From: Octopus sinensis
Lineage: Eukaryota
Direction: 5' to 3'
Assembly: GCF_006345805.1 (NCBI RefSeq)
Contig: NC_043006.1
Span: 26,226,001 to 26,290,000, forward strand
Length of the DNA: 64,000 nt
Positions within the stretch are counted from its first letter, which is position 1, and each line of letters starts with the position of its first letter. This document shows positions 1 to 12,427 of this stretch, one piece after another. A program made the translations under genes and the position numbers. Under the pieces are notes generated by a model that saw nothing but the letters and a program-made list of their open reading frames with translations, did no database searches and was not told the DNA's origin.

Positions 1-190
1 ATTTACTTTAGTTTTTGTCAATATTTGTTTTATAAATAATTACATCAGATGTAATACTTAAGTTATATAATAATAGAATTTGCTATATGAGATAGATAAT
101 TGGAATTAATTTGGTGACTGAAGGGATTGCAATTAAATTTTTTAAATAATTGGAAGAAAATACTGAAGTGATGTTTTTTGGTTTTCATAG

Positions 191-352
191 GTGAAAGCTT
201 TACCAGGCATGGGAACCACTATTGATGTTATTCTTGTTAATGGCAAATTAAAAGAAGGGGATACAATTGTTGTAGCTGGTACTGAGGGACCCATTATGAC
301 ACAAATCAGAGGCTTATTGACACCAGAACCTATGAAGGAGTTACGAGTCAAG
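191..352 (+). CDS. EIF5B: Translation initiation factor eIF5B, internal coding exon ([15 protein letters not shown]...PMKELRVK)
   Basis: Acceptor ttttcatag ends at 190 and donor gtaaga starts at 353; 162 nt in frame; peptide matches eIF5B domain II as recalled. Confidence 0.96.
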
Positions 353-1028
353 GTAAGAGTGTTTTTTCAGTTTCTGCCATTCACAGTGATAGATTGTTTA
401 GTCTTTAAAAACTTACAACACAGCTAGGCTTAATACCATTTTGGTTATCACCCTACGATACTATTAACTTGAATGATCTCCCTCAATATATCAGAAATGG
501 ACAGATGCAAGAGATTGGATACCTTGCAACTATTTGCCACATCCATGAAATTTGCACTGTGTAGTTTGTCTTTACTAGTTTACTTTTCCAATCCTGTAAA
601 TTTCTCATGTCCCACTCTACAATATTGTGCATGACCTGACATCTCTCCATGCTTGTTTGATTTTTTTTTCATCTGTGACTTCTCTGTTGTCATTAATCAT
701 ATTCATTACTGGAAATGCATCTGTTTTTCTTATCTGAATAATATTATACAATGATTTTTATCTCTCAGCCTCTTTGCCTTGTTCTTTCACAGAAGTGTTT
801 TGTCAGCACTTCTTTTTTGCCTCTGTGTTCCATTGTCTACTAGCAAGCAACAATTTAAGTAAAACAGTTATATTAACTTCTCCCAGTTACCCCTATATCC
901 TAACATACAGGACTTAATAAGGCTATGGGCAAAGTTTAAGCTACATTTATTAGCCTAGATGTGTTAGAAATTTCCATCTATGTAATTTGATTTTATGTTT
1001 TTAATACGTTAAATAAAATATTTTTCAG

Positions 1029-1160
1029 GCTCAGTATCAGCACCATAAAGAATTAATGGCTGCTCAGGGTGTCAAAATTATGGCCAAGGATTTAGAAAAG
1101 GCTCTTGCAGGGTTGCCTTTGTATGTTGCAAAGGATCAAGATGAAATAGACTATTATAAG
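1029..1160 (+). CDS. EIF5B: eIF5B coding exon (AQYQHHKELMAAQGVKIMAKDLEKALAGLPLYV...YYK)
   Basis: tttttcag acceptor, gtaaag donor, 132 nt; AAQGVKI..KDLEKA.AG motif; missed by the ORF track. Confidence 0.96.
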
Positions 1161-1445
1161 GTAAAGTAATTATTATATTTTTTCTCATTACTATTGCAAT
1201 TACTTACAACTGGCTATTCAATATTGTTGTAAGTTTCTATTCCGTATTACTTTCTAATTATATATATAATTAAAAGTAAATACCCAGCCTTACACGGCGT
1301 TCATAAATTACAACAAAGGTACATAAAATATGTGAATTATCTTGAGTTTCCTTATGATGATAGATGAATGTGTGTAATGTCTGAAACAAAATATTAAAAC
1401 CAATACTAATTCAGTTCAAGTTGTAGTATTTTGTTTCACACATTG

Positions 1446-1718
1446 ATCATCATCATCGTTTAATGTCCGTTTTCCATGCTAGCATGGGTTGGACGGTTCA
1501 ACTGGGGTCTGGGGAGCCAGTAGGCTGCATCAGGCCCAGTCTGATCTGGCAGTGTTTCTACAGCTGGATGCCCTTCCTAACGCCAACCACTCCGTGAGTG
1601 TAGTGGGTGCTTTTTACGTGCCACCTGCACAGGTGCCAGATGAGGCTGGCAAACGGCCACGATCGGATGGTGCGTTTTACGTGCCACCGGCACGGGGGCC
1701 AGACAAGGCTGGCGACTG
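1446..1718 (-). mobile_element. 5'-truncated RTE LINE 3' end with (GAT)n tail
   Basis: Same sequence is contiguous with RTE coding sequence at 42470-43445 and 58735-59775; about 60-nt repeats; catcat tail. Confidence 0.85.
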
Positions 1719-1931
1719 AAAACATTTTAAAGCAAAATATTTAAAATTGTTTTATATTGTTTCAATAAATTATGACAATATTCAACTGGAGCAATTTTGA
1801 GATACATTTTTATTATAAGTTTACTTACAAACAGACTGAAAAGTCTAGTATATACTTTGTTGTTGCAGTCATGAATAACATTTGCATTTGTTAAAACAAT
1901 TCTAATTAGATGTTTCCTTATTAATTTCTAG

Positions 1932-2063
1932 TCGGAAGTATCTAATGCTTTAAAAGAAGTGCTTAGTGGAATAAAACTTCAAGAACGGGGTGTCTTTGTA
2001 CAAGCTTCAACTCTTGGTTCTATGGAAGCATTATTGGAATTTTTAAGGACTTCTAAAATTCCT
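1932..2063 (+). CDS. EIF5B: eIF5B coding exon (SEVSNALKEVLSGIKLQERGVFVQASTLGSMEALLEFLRTSKIP)
   Basis: tttctag acceptor, gtaagt donor, 132 nt; GV.VQASTLGS.EALLEFL motif of domain III. Confidence 0.97.
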
Positions 2064-2388
2064 GTAAGTATTTTTATGTTATTGATTGAGAAAAATTTTA
2101 CTCTCTTGATTAATTTCCTACTGAAATTTAAAATTTGTTTAGTAAATGTGTATGTGCAAGGTAAATAAGGATTACATACCTAAAATTTTTATGCAATCTA
2201 CCTTATAAGCAACTGTACACATCCAACAGGCTGAAATGTCAAAGGGTAAAAAATTTTAAAATTTCAATGATACTTAGTGTCTATTGTCACATGATTCATG
2301 ACAAAGATGGCAAATGTTTTAGATTAGAAGGATGCATTGAAGTTAACCACCATCTGGCAAAGCTCAATTTCATATATACATATATATA

Positions 2389-2690
2389 GGCACTGGCATG
2401 GCTGTGTGGTAAGAAGCTTGCATCCCAACTACATGGTTCCAGGTTCAATCCCCCTATGTGGCACCTTGGGCAAGTGTGTTCTAGTATAGCCTCAAGCCAA
2501 CCAGAGCATTGTGAGACAAAAAACTGAAAGAAGCCCATCGTGTGTATGTGTGTCTCTTTGTGTCTGTGTTTGTTCTCCATCACTGTTTGATAACCAGTGT
2601 TGGTGTTTTTATGTCCCTGTAACTTAGATAGAATCCCTGATAGAATAAGTACTAAGTTTTAAAAAATAGTCCTGGCATCAATTTGTTTGA
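2389..2690 (+). mobile_element. Degenerate tRNA-derived CORE-type SINE
   Basis: tggctgtgtggtaag head, ggttcaatccc B box, ggcaccttgggcaagtgt core; similar to 10579-10970. Confidence 0.85.
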
Positions 2691-3169
2691 CCTGGGTCCA
2701 CCCCTTCTGCAGGTACCCTCCACAATTAGAGCTCAGGACTTCTGTATGCAGCTGTCCTTATCCATACGCATCACATTTGAAGAAATAAGATGGAAACTAT
2801 TGATGCTGATTATGAATGTCAATATGGCTGAGAGATAATGTTTCAATGAATTCTTCATGATGATGATCATCATCATCATTATTTTATATTCATTTTCCAT
2901 ACTAAATTTGATAGTTACTGCTTTCCTAGATGAGTCAGCAGATTACTTCTTGCTTTGCGTGTTCCATTTGAGGCATAGCTTCTATAGTTAGATGTGCTTC
3001 CTAACATGAGCCACTTAACAGAATGAACAGGGTACATTTTATTGTTGCACCAGCACTAGAGAAATCACCTTGACCTCAGCAACATTGAGTCTTGTTTTGT
3101 TTCAAAGCACTTAGGGTAAATGAGAGTTTGTAAGGATCAGGAGACTAAAAGAAAATATGAGTTATGGTG

Positions 3170-4001
3170 GAATAGTGATACTTTGTCCTCCCTACAAGTC
3201 TCTCTTCACCACACAGCCATTAGCATGATGTTCTCCTCTTCTCCAAACCCTAACTCTGCCATCTGCGACAGAAATGCAATATTGACTTTCGTCAGAGAAG
3301 ACTGCAGTCCTCCACTGCTGACATCATCATCGTCAATGACAATCTGTGAGAATGGGATGCCTAGCCGTTGACAATACAGATTGAAAGATTTCAGGTGGTG
3401 GCGAACTGTCTCTGCACAAATGGATCTGTGGTGAGTCCCTATGGTCTACCTAGCTGATCCTCTTGCCCTCCAGAATCAGTCCTGGAAGTGCTGTCAGTGC
3501 AGGTGGCGATCTTGACGTGCTGTTGTAACCCTTGGTCAGCCACTGCGTGGACGATCATCTGTGCTGTTTGTGGCATTGTATGGGTCCCTCAGCCATTCAA
3601 TTGTCCAAATACTGCACTTCATGTCATTGGCAATGACCCAAGGGTGTTGACCAGCATGGAGATGTCAGATGGTTTACTTCCTCTGATTTTGTGTCAGTCT
3701 TGGCAGGCTTGCTGTTTTCAGGAAACAAATGACAGGCTGGTAAATTTGGGTGTCTTTTATACCCAATGAGTCAACGCTTTGCATGTGTATCACGCTTTTC
3801 ATAAGGATGCATTCACGAAAAGTGAGCAAGTTTGAACCCTACATACAGTCCTTGTGTTTTCAAAAGAGAGTGGTGTTGTGGGTCAGTGACATCTTCTTGA
3901 TGTCAAATTACCTAGAAATGTAATAAAATCCATATAATCTCAATATCTTGTGTGAGACAATAATCTTTTACAGTGTGGCGTTTCTTTTGTAGTTCAGTAT
4001 A
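3170..4001 (-). mobile_element. Decayed Tc1/mariner transposon: left end plus transposase N-terminus to first catalytic Asp
   Basis: On -: TA then TACTGAACTACAAAAGAAACGCC end; remnants DDRPRSG.PRVTT and WRTAVFSDESQ. Confidence 0.85.
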
Positions 4002-4091
4002 TAAGTATATTGTGTGTATCATTATTAATATTGCTATAATAAGCTTGTCTAATATTTATGTTTTATCAAAATGTATCATATTCTCTTTTAG

Positions 4092-4168
4092 TATGCTGGT
4101 ATAAATATTGGGCCGATCCACAAAAAAGATATTATGAAAGCATCTGTGATGCTGGAGCATGATAATCA
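4092..4168 (+). CDS. EIF5B: eIF5B coding exon (YAGINIGPIHKKDIMKASVMLEHDNQ)
   Basis: cttttag acceptor, gtaagt donor, 77 nt; ends in phase 2, which matches the next exon. Confidence 0.96.
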
Positions 4169-4379
4169 GTAAGTTCACTTGCAAAATTTCACTTGTCTAT
4201 ATTTTCCATTGTTCTTTACAGAAATCTGTTTCATGTAAAAGAGATAAAATTAGATTAAATTATCATTTGTCCATTTAGAAATTGAAATCTCTTGACACCT
4301 TACTTAAGCTCAGCTTGTGTCATCATCATTTTTTTCCTCTCTCCCTCTCAGAACAGTGAGAACTCAGTATTCTTGCAAG

Positions 4380-4695
4380 TCACACAACAACCTTACTAGT
4401 GTTGGTGCCATTATAAAATATACCCAGTGCATTCTGGGCAGAGACAATGTAGAGTTAAGAGGACTCTTAAGTGTTGCTGAGAGCATAATAACCTCTTGAA
4501 TACTAGTGCTTCAATAAAAAATACACCCAGTACACTCTGCAAAGTGGCTGGTATTAGGACAGATATTAACCTTACAAGTCATACCAGAAATGAGATGTCT
4601 TCTGATTTATCTAAGAGGGTAGTAATTGTAAATGAGAACTGACTCGGGCTATGACAATCCATTCTAGCATGGAAAATGAGCATAAAGGATGATGG
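4380..4695 (+). mobile_element. Degenerate RTE 3' end
   Basis: cacccagtacactctgcaaagtggctggtattagg...ctagcatggaaaa...gatgatg. Confidence 0.6.
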
Positions 4696-5156
4696 TGAAT
4701 TTGAGATTTTCAAAACTTTTCCAAATCAGTTAGTTGTAGCTCATAGTTTCTTTCACTCAGTTTTAATCACTATTTTTTGTTTAAATTTTCCTGTATGAAT
4801 TATTTGGATTAGTTATTGAAAGTTAGCTGAAAATTAACCTATACTTACACAAATAAGGGAATACTCAAGCAAGCTGACTTTTCTGTCTTGCATTACGTAC
4901 AATCCCTTAGCAATTCTTCTCTCCTGATGAATCCTCTTTACTACCTAAGTTTTTGGTTTCTATGGTGTATTCTTTGAACAAAGCTAGTACAGCCTTAAAG
5001 AAAATTGTAAAATATTAAGTAATTAGCTTCTCACAAGAATTAAAAAGCAATGTTCACTTACACGATACCCATTTTAGGATTTTACCAATGAAATGCATGC
5101 TTTAATGTTAATCTTAATGTTGCTCTGTTCAAAAAAACATCTCAATACATTTTCAG

Positions 5157-5460
5157 ATATGCTGTAATCTTGGCTTTTGATGTTAAGATTGAGCGGGATG
5201 CTCAGGAACTTGCTGACACATTAGGGGTGCGGATATTTTCTGCAGATATAATTTATCACTTGTTTGATAAATTTACGTCTTACAGAGAGGAATTAAAAAA
5301 AAAGCGCCAGGGAGAATTCCGACATATTGCTGTTTTTCCTTGCAAGTTACGTGTCATGCCTGAATACATTTTCAATTCTCGAGACCCTATTGTTGTTGGT
5401 GTATGTGTAGAAGCTGGCTTTGTCAAAGAAGGGACACCTTTGTGTGTGCCATCCAAAGAG
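5157..5460 (+). CDS. EIF5B: eIF5B coding exon (YAVILAFDVKIERDAQELAD...GTPLCVPSKE)
   Basis: ttttcag acceptor, gttagt donor, 304 nt; IIYHLFD and AVFPCKL motifs. Confidence 0.97.
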
Positions 5461-6042
5461 GTTAGTCACTAATTTGTATATCTTTTTTCTTTCCTTTTCA
5501 GATTGAATCAAATTTCTTCACACACATGTATATATTAATGCATTTGTACATACATTGCATGTATACTTGATTATAGTGTGTCTGTGTATGCTTTATGAAA
5601 GTAATAGAAACAGGTACAGCATATTTTATTCGGAAGAAAACGAGAGCAAGAAAACTAAAAAAATAGTTTCAAAGGGCAAGCTACTTAACTTACCATTCAT
5701 TGACCTGGAGAAGGCCTTTGACTCTGTATTGTGGTAGATAATAAGAAAATCTTCCAAACTTTGATCCCCCATTTTGTGGGCTTTCCTGGCATATAATGTT
5801 GAAAACGCACTCAGCTCACCATACCCTCACCAATGAGTAGATATCTCCCTGGTTTGTAAACTGTTTTTTATGTGTTTTGAAAGAGTCAATGTGGTGTCTT
5901 ATTTTAAATAAGGGATCAAAGTCTGGTTCTCCATTTACTGATGTACTGCTCGTGTCTCTCACATATCTACCATTAACTTTTTAATATGATTTATTTTTTG
6001 CTGTCTTCGCTCTCCTATAATTGTATTTTCTTCAATTTATAG

Positions 6043-6204
6043 TTTGTGGAAATTGGTCGTGTAAGTGGTATAGAAAATAACCACAAACAAGTTGAGGTTG
6101 CGAAAAAGGGGCAAGAAGTGTGTATTAAAATAGAACCAATCCCTGGTGAAGCGCCAAAAATGTTTGGACGACATTTTGATCATACAGACATGATAATGAG
6201 TAAA
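6043..6204 (+). CDS. EIF5B: eIF5B coding exon (FVEIGRVSGIENNHKQVEVAKKGQEVCIKIEP...MSK)
   Basis: tttatag acceptor, gtaagt donor, 162 nt; domain IV AKKGQEVCIKIE motif. Confidence 0.97.
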
Positions 6205-6786
6205 GTAAGTAATTTTGGAGAATTGTTTAATATTCTGAGAAATTTGAAAACATTAGTCATACTTTGTTCTTTTTAAATGTATTTAATTAGCCCAATCTGC
6301 CAGTCATTTTCAATTTACATAATCTGTAAGTAGATCCTGGTCAATGCTTTAATGACCATTATGATACATTTAAGGAAAATGGTGTTTAAAATGTCTTAAA
6401 AATTCCTTTGTTTATTTATACTATGATCTTGGAAAATACTTATAATATTTAGAAGTGTTACAGGTAGTAATAACAGTAACCTCTACGGCAAATTTATAGT
6501 GAAGATATTTGATATGAGTGTCTGTGTCAGCTAAATTTAAAATGAAAACATTTTTAGCATTCTCAGTGAGAAAATCTTCAAAAACTAGTTGTGAGTTGGG
6601 TTTTTTTTTATCTCAGACCAAACTCACTAGTAAATTCTTTAGATTTAATAGACATTCTTATAAGAAATACAAATGGTTTTAAGAAAGTTCTTATTCTACA
6701 TATATTCAACAAAAATGTTGAGTATGTAACAACAAAAGTGTATTTTAACTTTCATGTTATGAATTTTGTTTTTTATTTGTTTGTAG

Positions 6787-6894
6787 ATTTCCAGACAATC
6801 CATTGATGTGGTAAAAGACTACTTTCGAGATGAAATGACCAAAAATGATTGGCAATTGATTGTTGAACTAAAGAAACTTTTTCAAATTATTTAG
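6787..6894 (+). CDS. EIF5B: eIF5B terminal coding exon (ISRQSIDVVKDYFRDEMTKNDWQLIVELKKLFQII*)
   Basis: ttgtag acceptor; in-frame TAG at 6892-6894; near-identical to the vertebrate eIF5B C-terminus as recalled. Confidence 0.97.
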   Translation: MSRQSIDVVKDYFRDEMTKNDWQLIVELKKLFQII

Positions 6895-7148
6895 TTATAT
6901 CTAAAGAAAAACTGTAAGCATTTTTTTGAAATAATGTAACAACACTGCCTAAAATGCTTTATTTTAAGCTGATTATCTGATTGTGAATGCGTATGTATGC
7001 ATGCATGTGTGCATGTTTGTACATGTGTGTTTGTGATCTTTAAAATGATGTCTCTGCTGGCAACAGAAGTTGCTAAGATCTCAATATTATTGACCATAGG
7101 GATGGCGTCAAATAACACTGATTTTGATTTCATCAGATACCAACTCCA

Positions 7149-7154
7149 AATAAA
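7149..7154 (+). promoter_or_regulatory. Candidate eIF5B polyadenylation signal AATAAA (second candidate at 7300-7305)
   Basis: Hexamer about 255 nt after the stop codon; use not demonstrated. Confidence 0.4.
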
Positions 7155-7629
7155 TGTATATATTTCCCATGTTTAACTTAACAGTCATGTAAAATTCAGT
7201 GGGATCATATGTAAATGATGTTGCAAATGGTCATGGGAAGAAAAATCTGCCATAAAATTGTTTTTGTTGAAATGGTTTGCCATTGAACTTTTTACTGAAA
7301 ATAAAATCCACCAAGCTATTTATGACTTGTTGAGAGATGATAAAACACAATTATGTATAAACTTATGAATAAAGATATTAGATTTGGCATTTGTACATTA
7401 TCTACAAATCTTGTACTAGTCACAGATGCATGCATGGACAATTACATTTCCTACAAGGTAGATTATTTGAAAAACCAGATATCAGAATTTGTGATTAACT
7501 TTCTCAGATCACTCTTTCAGTTTTCTTTCATTGGGTTATGGCTGTTATTTTTCCACAATAATCCATCAGAATCTAAAGGTAAAGACTTGTGTAAGGTTAC
7601 CAAAATATATTCTTCACCCAGTCATATAT

Positions 7630-7880
7630 CTTCTCTGCCCACTATTCCTGGGACAGTCATAAGTGTAGATTCCTCAGGCACCTCTTCCATAGGATCCTAT
7701 CAGAAGCAACTGTCATTAGACTTTCCAGCTGGATTCCCAGGCATGACCAACTGAAACTGGATATTATCCAACCATTTCTTTCTTGCTCTACCTCTAGATC
7801 TCTTGTTGGTTGGCTCAGCTTGAAGAATCCATCCTGCAACTCTTTCCTGCAACATTCTTATCACATGCCCATAATTTCAC
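7630..7880 (-). mobile_element. Old RTE-type LINE C-terminal fragment
   Basis: - strand reads YGHVIRM...KRSRGRARRKWLDNI, typical of RTE ORF2 ends. Confidence 0.5.
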
Positions 7881-8289
7881 ATACTCTAAGATTTTATAAG
7901 ATTATTATTATTACTTCTACTATTCTGCTGCTCTGCCCACTCTCTTCTTACCTTCCCTAATTTATGCATCATTGTTCATCTCCCATCCATTATCCATCTC
8001 TTTAATCTACCCTTCAACCCCATCTAATCATTACAGTTGTTACCTACTCCCCCTATCCTCTCCCATCTCTTTCTCCCCCATATACTCTTGCAAACTCCCA
8101 CCCATCCACACTTCTAGTTCATCTGTTCCTACTTACTTCTTCGGACACTCTTCCAAATGTGAATAACCATGTAACTCCTCCACAAAAACCTACTTGCTCC
8201 TCTCTCCCTTTCTCTCACATTTCAACTCTTTATCTCCTAGCATAAAGCCTCTTGCCCAACCTTGGCTCTCAGAGCCTTGTGAACTGCAT

Positions 8290-8490
8290 CACAACCTCAG
8301 TAGTGCTATTGGTACGGCATAAAACAAGCACCTAGTCTATGCTATAAAGTGATTGACTTTTTAGCAAGGGCATCGAACTGTGGAAACCATGCCAAAGCAG
8401 ATATTAGAACATAGTGCAGTCTTGGGGCTCATCAGATTCTGTCAAATCATCCAACCGTGTGGAGAATGAACACTAAATGATGATTATAAT
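8290..8490 (+). mobile_element. Degenerate RTE 3' end (another copy at about 10190-10385)
   Basis: aagggcatc...gtggaaaccatgccaaagcaga...gtcaaatcatccaac...taaatgatgat. Confidence 0.6.
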
Positions 8491-9255
8491 GATGTTCAAC
8501 CTCAATGGCAAGTTCTTTTGTTGAAATCCAAGTTTTGTAGAGTTATTCTTTTTCCATGTCATGTAAGCATTGATTCCTATATAGTTATAATTAAAATGTT
8601 CTTACTCAGGGAAGAGAATTTCTATATGATTACTAAATACCACCTCAATGAATGGTCAAATTTGAAAAATACTGCAAACCGATTTCCCACTAAATATTAG
8701 CAATACCAGGATATAAAATTCTGATAGATAAAAAGAAGTACAGTGCTTACCAAAATAAAATGTATGCTGTAGATTTGTAGACATGCAAAAAGTGTTGGTT
8801 ATTCCATGACTGTGAACTGAGCATGGCCAGTGGTATTAGCAGTCTGGCTGAAATAAAGGATGATGTTAGCTGAAAATTAAGCAAGAGATTCAAGTGGTCT
8901 TTCAGAATTCAGGCTCATTACAAAGTCCTGTAGAGAGAAAGTGGAGCTGTAATATAATGACTGTAGCCTTATGTAACATCTGATAGAAGTGGCTGTAAGG
9001 AATTCATGCTCAGTATGATAGCAGATTTTGAAGTAACCATTGTCTGAATGTTGGATTCTTGTTTGAAGCTCATATTAAAATTGTGTAGTGTCAGACAGAA
9101 ATGTATGTTGAGAATTCAATAATGTTGAAAAAAATTAATTTCAGGAATAACTACTGGTAATGTTTTTGTCTTCCTTGTTGCAGTAGTGTAGTTTGGTAGT
9201 TTATGGTTGATCATGTCAGTGCAATGAATAGTTCTCAAAAATAAAGCAGCTGATC

Positions 9256-9471
9256 ATTTAAACCGGCCATATCCGGCCAAAAATATTCTACCTTTTTTAT
9301 GTTCAAACTGGCCAGATCTGGTCTCTCACACCAACCCTATAATATTGTTTTAAAAATTAACAGCTACCTCATCAAAATCTCATAGCTACAGGATAATGTA
9401 TAATTAATTCAAAACAATTTGGATACAGAAGCATTAATTTTGGCAGAATAATGCGAACACTAAAGGGTTAA
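9256..9471. mobile_element. piggyBac-like MITE (TTAA-CCCT termini), reverse orientation relative to 56963-57190
   Basis: Ends taaagggttaa; internal sequence is the reverse complement of the other copies. Confidence 0.75.
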
Positions 9472-10578
9472 TGTAGATGGAGCTAGTGAAAGAAGGAGAC
9501 TTAAGAAGACATGGGGTGAAGTAGTGATGGTTGATCTCAGGATTTTGAAGTTCATGGAGATGACAAAGAACCAGTATGCAGTGCTTGATAAGACCTGCCT
9601 CTCACAACAAAACTGATGTTCTGAAAGTACTAAGGTGTATATACACAACAGGACCCTTTGTCCAGTTTGTCCCTGTCAAGCCTCCCCTTTTCCCATCTTC
9701 CTATAACTCATCCTTCCTTCACTCTCTTAACTGTTACAGTATTCTGCTGCTGTAATTAGATTATAGCAACACTACGTATTTCATCGTCCTGTTCTCTACT
9801 TCTGATTATCTTTTCCACTCTTTGGAACTGCTTCCTTTTGACATCCATCCTAATTTTTATCATCTCTTCCCTGAACTACCTCCTATTAACTGACTCTTAT
9901 GTTCCTCTAACCTCCTCCTCTCTTATCATTACACATCTCTCATTCCACCTACCCACATATTCTTGCAACATTTATCCAACCAATACCCACCAGACATCTC
10001 ATCCTTCTCCCTATTTATTGTATTATTCTTTTGCTGCTCTTTACCCAGTGTGTACTGCCAGTCATCACCTCTCTCTCTCTCTCCCACCCTTATTCACCAT
10101 TCATTATATTTGCCCCTATTCTCATTTCTCACCTCTCTACCATACTTTCATTCAGTCAAGAGGTCTTCTTTCTCTTGAGAGTTACTTGGTGGCCTTATTT
10201 ATGTTGGTGCCACTGAAAAAGCACCCAATGTTCTGTAAAGTGGTTCATATTAAGAGGAGCAACCAATCAAACCATGTCAAAGCAGATATTGGAGCACAAT
10301 GCAGTCCTTCGATTCATCAAATCTGTCAAATCATCCAACTCCTGCCAGTATTGAAGACACTAAATGAGGATGCTGTTGATTAAGATGGCAACCACAAGCC
10401 ATTGAAAGCATAAGTTTGCAGATTTCAAACTAGTATTGAAGCACAGTCTGTGTGTCCAAGCAGAATTCATGTATTACAGATCAAAAGTCTGCAGTTTGAA
10501 TTTTTTTTCAGTCATCAGTTGTAAGTTTATTCTTCCTTTCATGTAAGGAAGAAAAATATCTAAATTTCATTTAATAAA

Positions 10579-10739
10579 GGTGCAGGAGTGGCTGTGTGGT
10601 AAGTAGCTTGCTTACCAACCACATGGTTCCGGGTTCAGTCCCACTGCGTGGCACCTTGGGCAAGTGTCTTCTACTGTAGCCTCGTCCGACCAATGCCTTG
10701 TGAGTGGATTTGGTAGGAGGAAACTGAAAGAAGCCTGTT

Positions 10740-10795
<56 letters not shown>

Positions 10796-10970
10796 ATCTG
10801 TGTTTGTCCCCCTAGCATTGCTTGACAACCGATGCTGGTGTGTTTACGTCCCCGTCACTTAGCGGTTCGGTAAAAGAGACCGATAGAATAAGTCCCGGGG
10901 TCGATTTGCTCGACTAAAGGCGGTGCTCTAGCATGGCCACAGTCAAATGACTGAAACAAGTAAAAGAGAG
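10579..10970 (+). mobile_element. Near full-length tRNA-derived CORE-type SINE with internal (TA)n
   Basis: A box tggctgtgtggt, B box ggttcagtccc (10632-10642), core ggcaccttgggcaagtgtc, tail ggcggtgctctagcatggccacagtc...ctgaaacaag. Confidence 0.92.
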
Positions 10971-11104
10971 AGTAAACCACAGGCAAAATAAAGAATGCAC
11001 ATGGTGTGAACAGGAAGTTCTTAAAATAAGCTAAACTTTGTTTCTTGCACAGAAGTGTGCTTAGTTCCCCTTTTTTTTTTAGCCCCAAGCAACATTATTT
11101 GAAT

Positions 11105-11325
11105 TGTGGTTGTAGGCTTGACTATGTGGTAAGAAGTTAGCTTCCCAACACCCACTTGACAACCGGTGTTGGTGTATTTGCATCCCCATCACTTAGCAAT
11201 TTGGCAAAAGAGACTGACAGAATAAGTACCAAGCTTGAAAAAAAATAAGTACTGAGATCAATTCATTCGACTAAAACTCAAGGTGGAGCTTCAGCATGGC
11301 TGCAGCCTGTCTGAAATAAATAAGA
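11105..11325 (+). mobile_element. Internally deleted copy of the same SINE
   Basis: Head fragment joined directly to the 3' half (cttgacaaccggtgttgg...cagcatggctgcag). Confidence 0.75.
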
Positions 11326-11434
11326 TATAAAGGACTAACATATTGGAAGAAAAATGCAAAATATGTGGTATAGAAATTTGTTATTTTAAAATTAATTCAT
11401 TCTTTAATTGGGAAATCAATTCTGAATTCACTTG

Positions 11435-11800
11435 TGATCAGGTTTAGTGGTAATTTAAAAGCAGAATGAGCTGTTCGTCCTCCTGGGGAAAATGGTGGCA
11501 GCAAAGCCAGACAATAGTACAGCAACTGCAAATTTTCTTTTTTCTTTGGAGAGAAGCAATGTCACAAATGTTTTACCTGTGTCACCAGGAGCATCAAGAA
11601 AGACCCCGTCCTTCAGTTCAGCTGGGGAATTCACCATGATAGCAATATGAGCCAAATTGATATCACCATTCCCATCAAATGGTACTTTCCCATTTCCTAA
11701 TTGGAGGATCCAGGTTGAAAACTGTTTTGCTCATTGATCCCCATGTGATGAAGCTCACACGCTAGTATTGAAGGGGAATTACAGTACTTTATTCCACAGG
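11435..11800 (-). mobile_element. Helitron Pif1-like helicase fragments, rearranged
   Basis: FLDAPGDTGKTF (Walker A), SGFAAT...GRTAHSAFKLPLNL, and FSTWILQLGNG...ELK segments. Confidence 0.85.
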
Positions 11801-12427
11801 TGTGAAGATTTAATGCCTGCTTTTCTTTCATCAGATACAAATATATACAGTATCAAATATCAGATGAAATGGACGTGTGTGAGAGAGAGAGAGAATGCCA
11901 CTTAGACATCACTCTCTCTCCCACACACATACATACCAAAAAGATGGATGCATGTGTTTATGTATGTACAAGTACATGACAACACACCCCTTCACTCACT
12001 CACACACCCCATACATAAATGTATACAAATATACATACAAAGACGTATGCATGTGACTGACTACAAATACATAGAGCTGAACACAGTATGAAAAAGAAAA
12101 TAAGAAAATTTTATGTAAATTAACGCAGTGAGTTCCAGCAAAATAATGCCCATATTTGTTGGACACCCCATGTTGAATTGCAAAATTTTAACATGGTATT
12201 TATGTAATAAAGAAGTCAAACCTGGAGTGTGTGTGTGAGAGAGAGAGAGAGAGAATATTGCAAACAATGAATATGGACATGGAATGAAAAAATCGCATAA
12301 ATAAAAGCATGTTGAAAACTATCTTGTACCGAATATTTAAATTTGTGAACTTAGTAAATATTTCTTTCAGTAATTTATCATAGTTGTTTACAAATAGTAA
12401 ATTAAAACTTGAAATAAAAACATTAAA

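Noticed and set aside
191-427. ORF-track start codons as gene starts (191, 1959, 5170, 6046, 37872, 63419)
   Set aside because: These are internal exons with AG acceptors; the ORF ends run into introns.
7353-7754. 133-aa ORF downstream of eIF5B as a small gene
   Set aside because: No domain or splice support; it overlaps an antisense RTE remnant.
10579-10650. tRNA gene
   Set aside because: A and B boxes are present, but it continues into the SINE core and tail and lacks a full cloverleaf.
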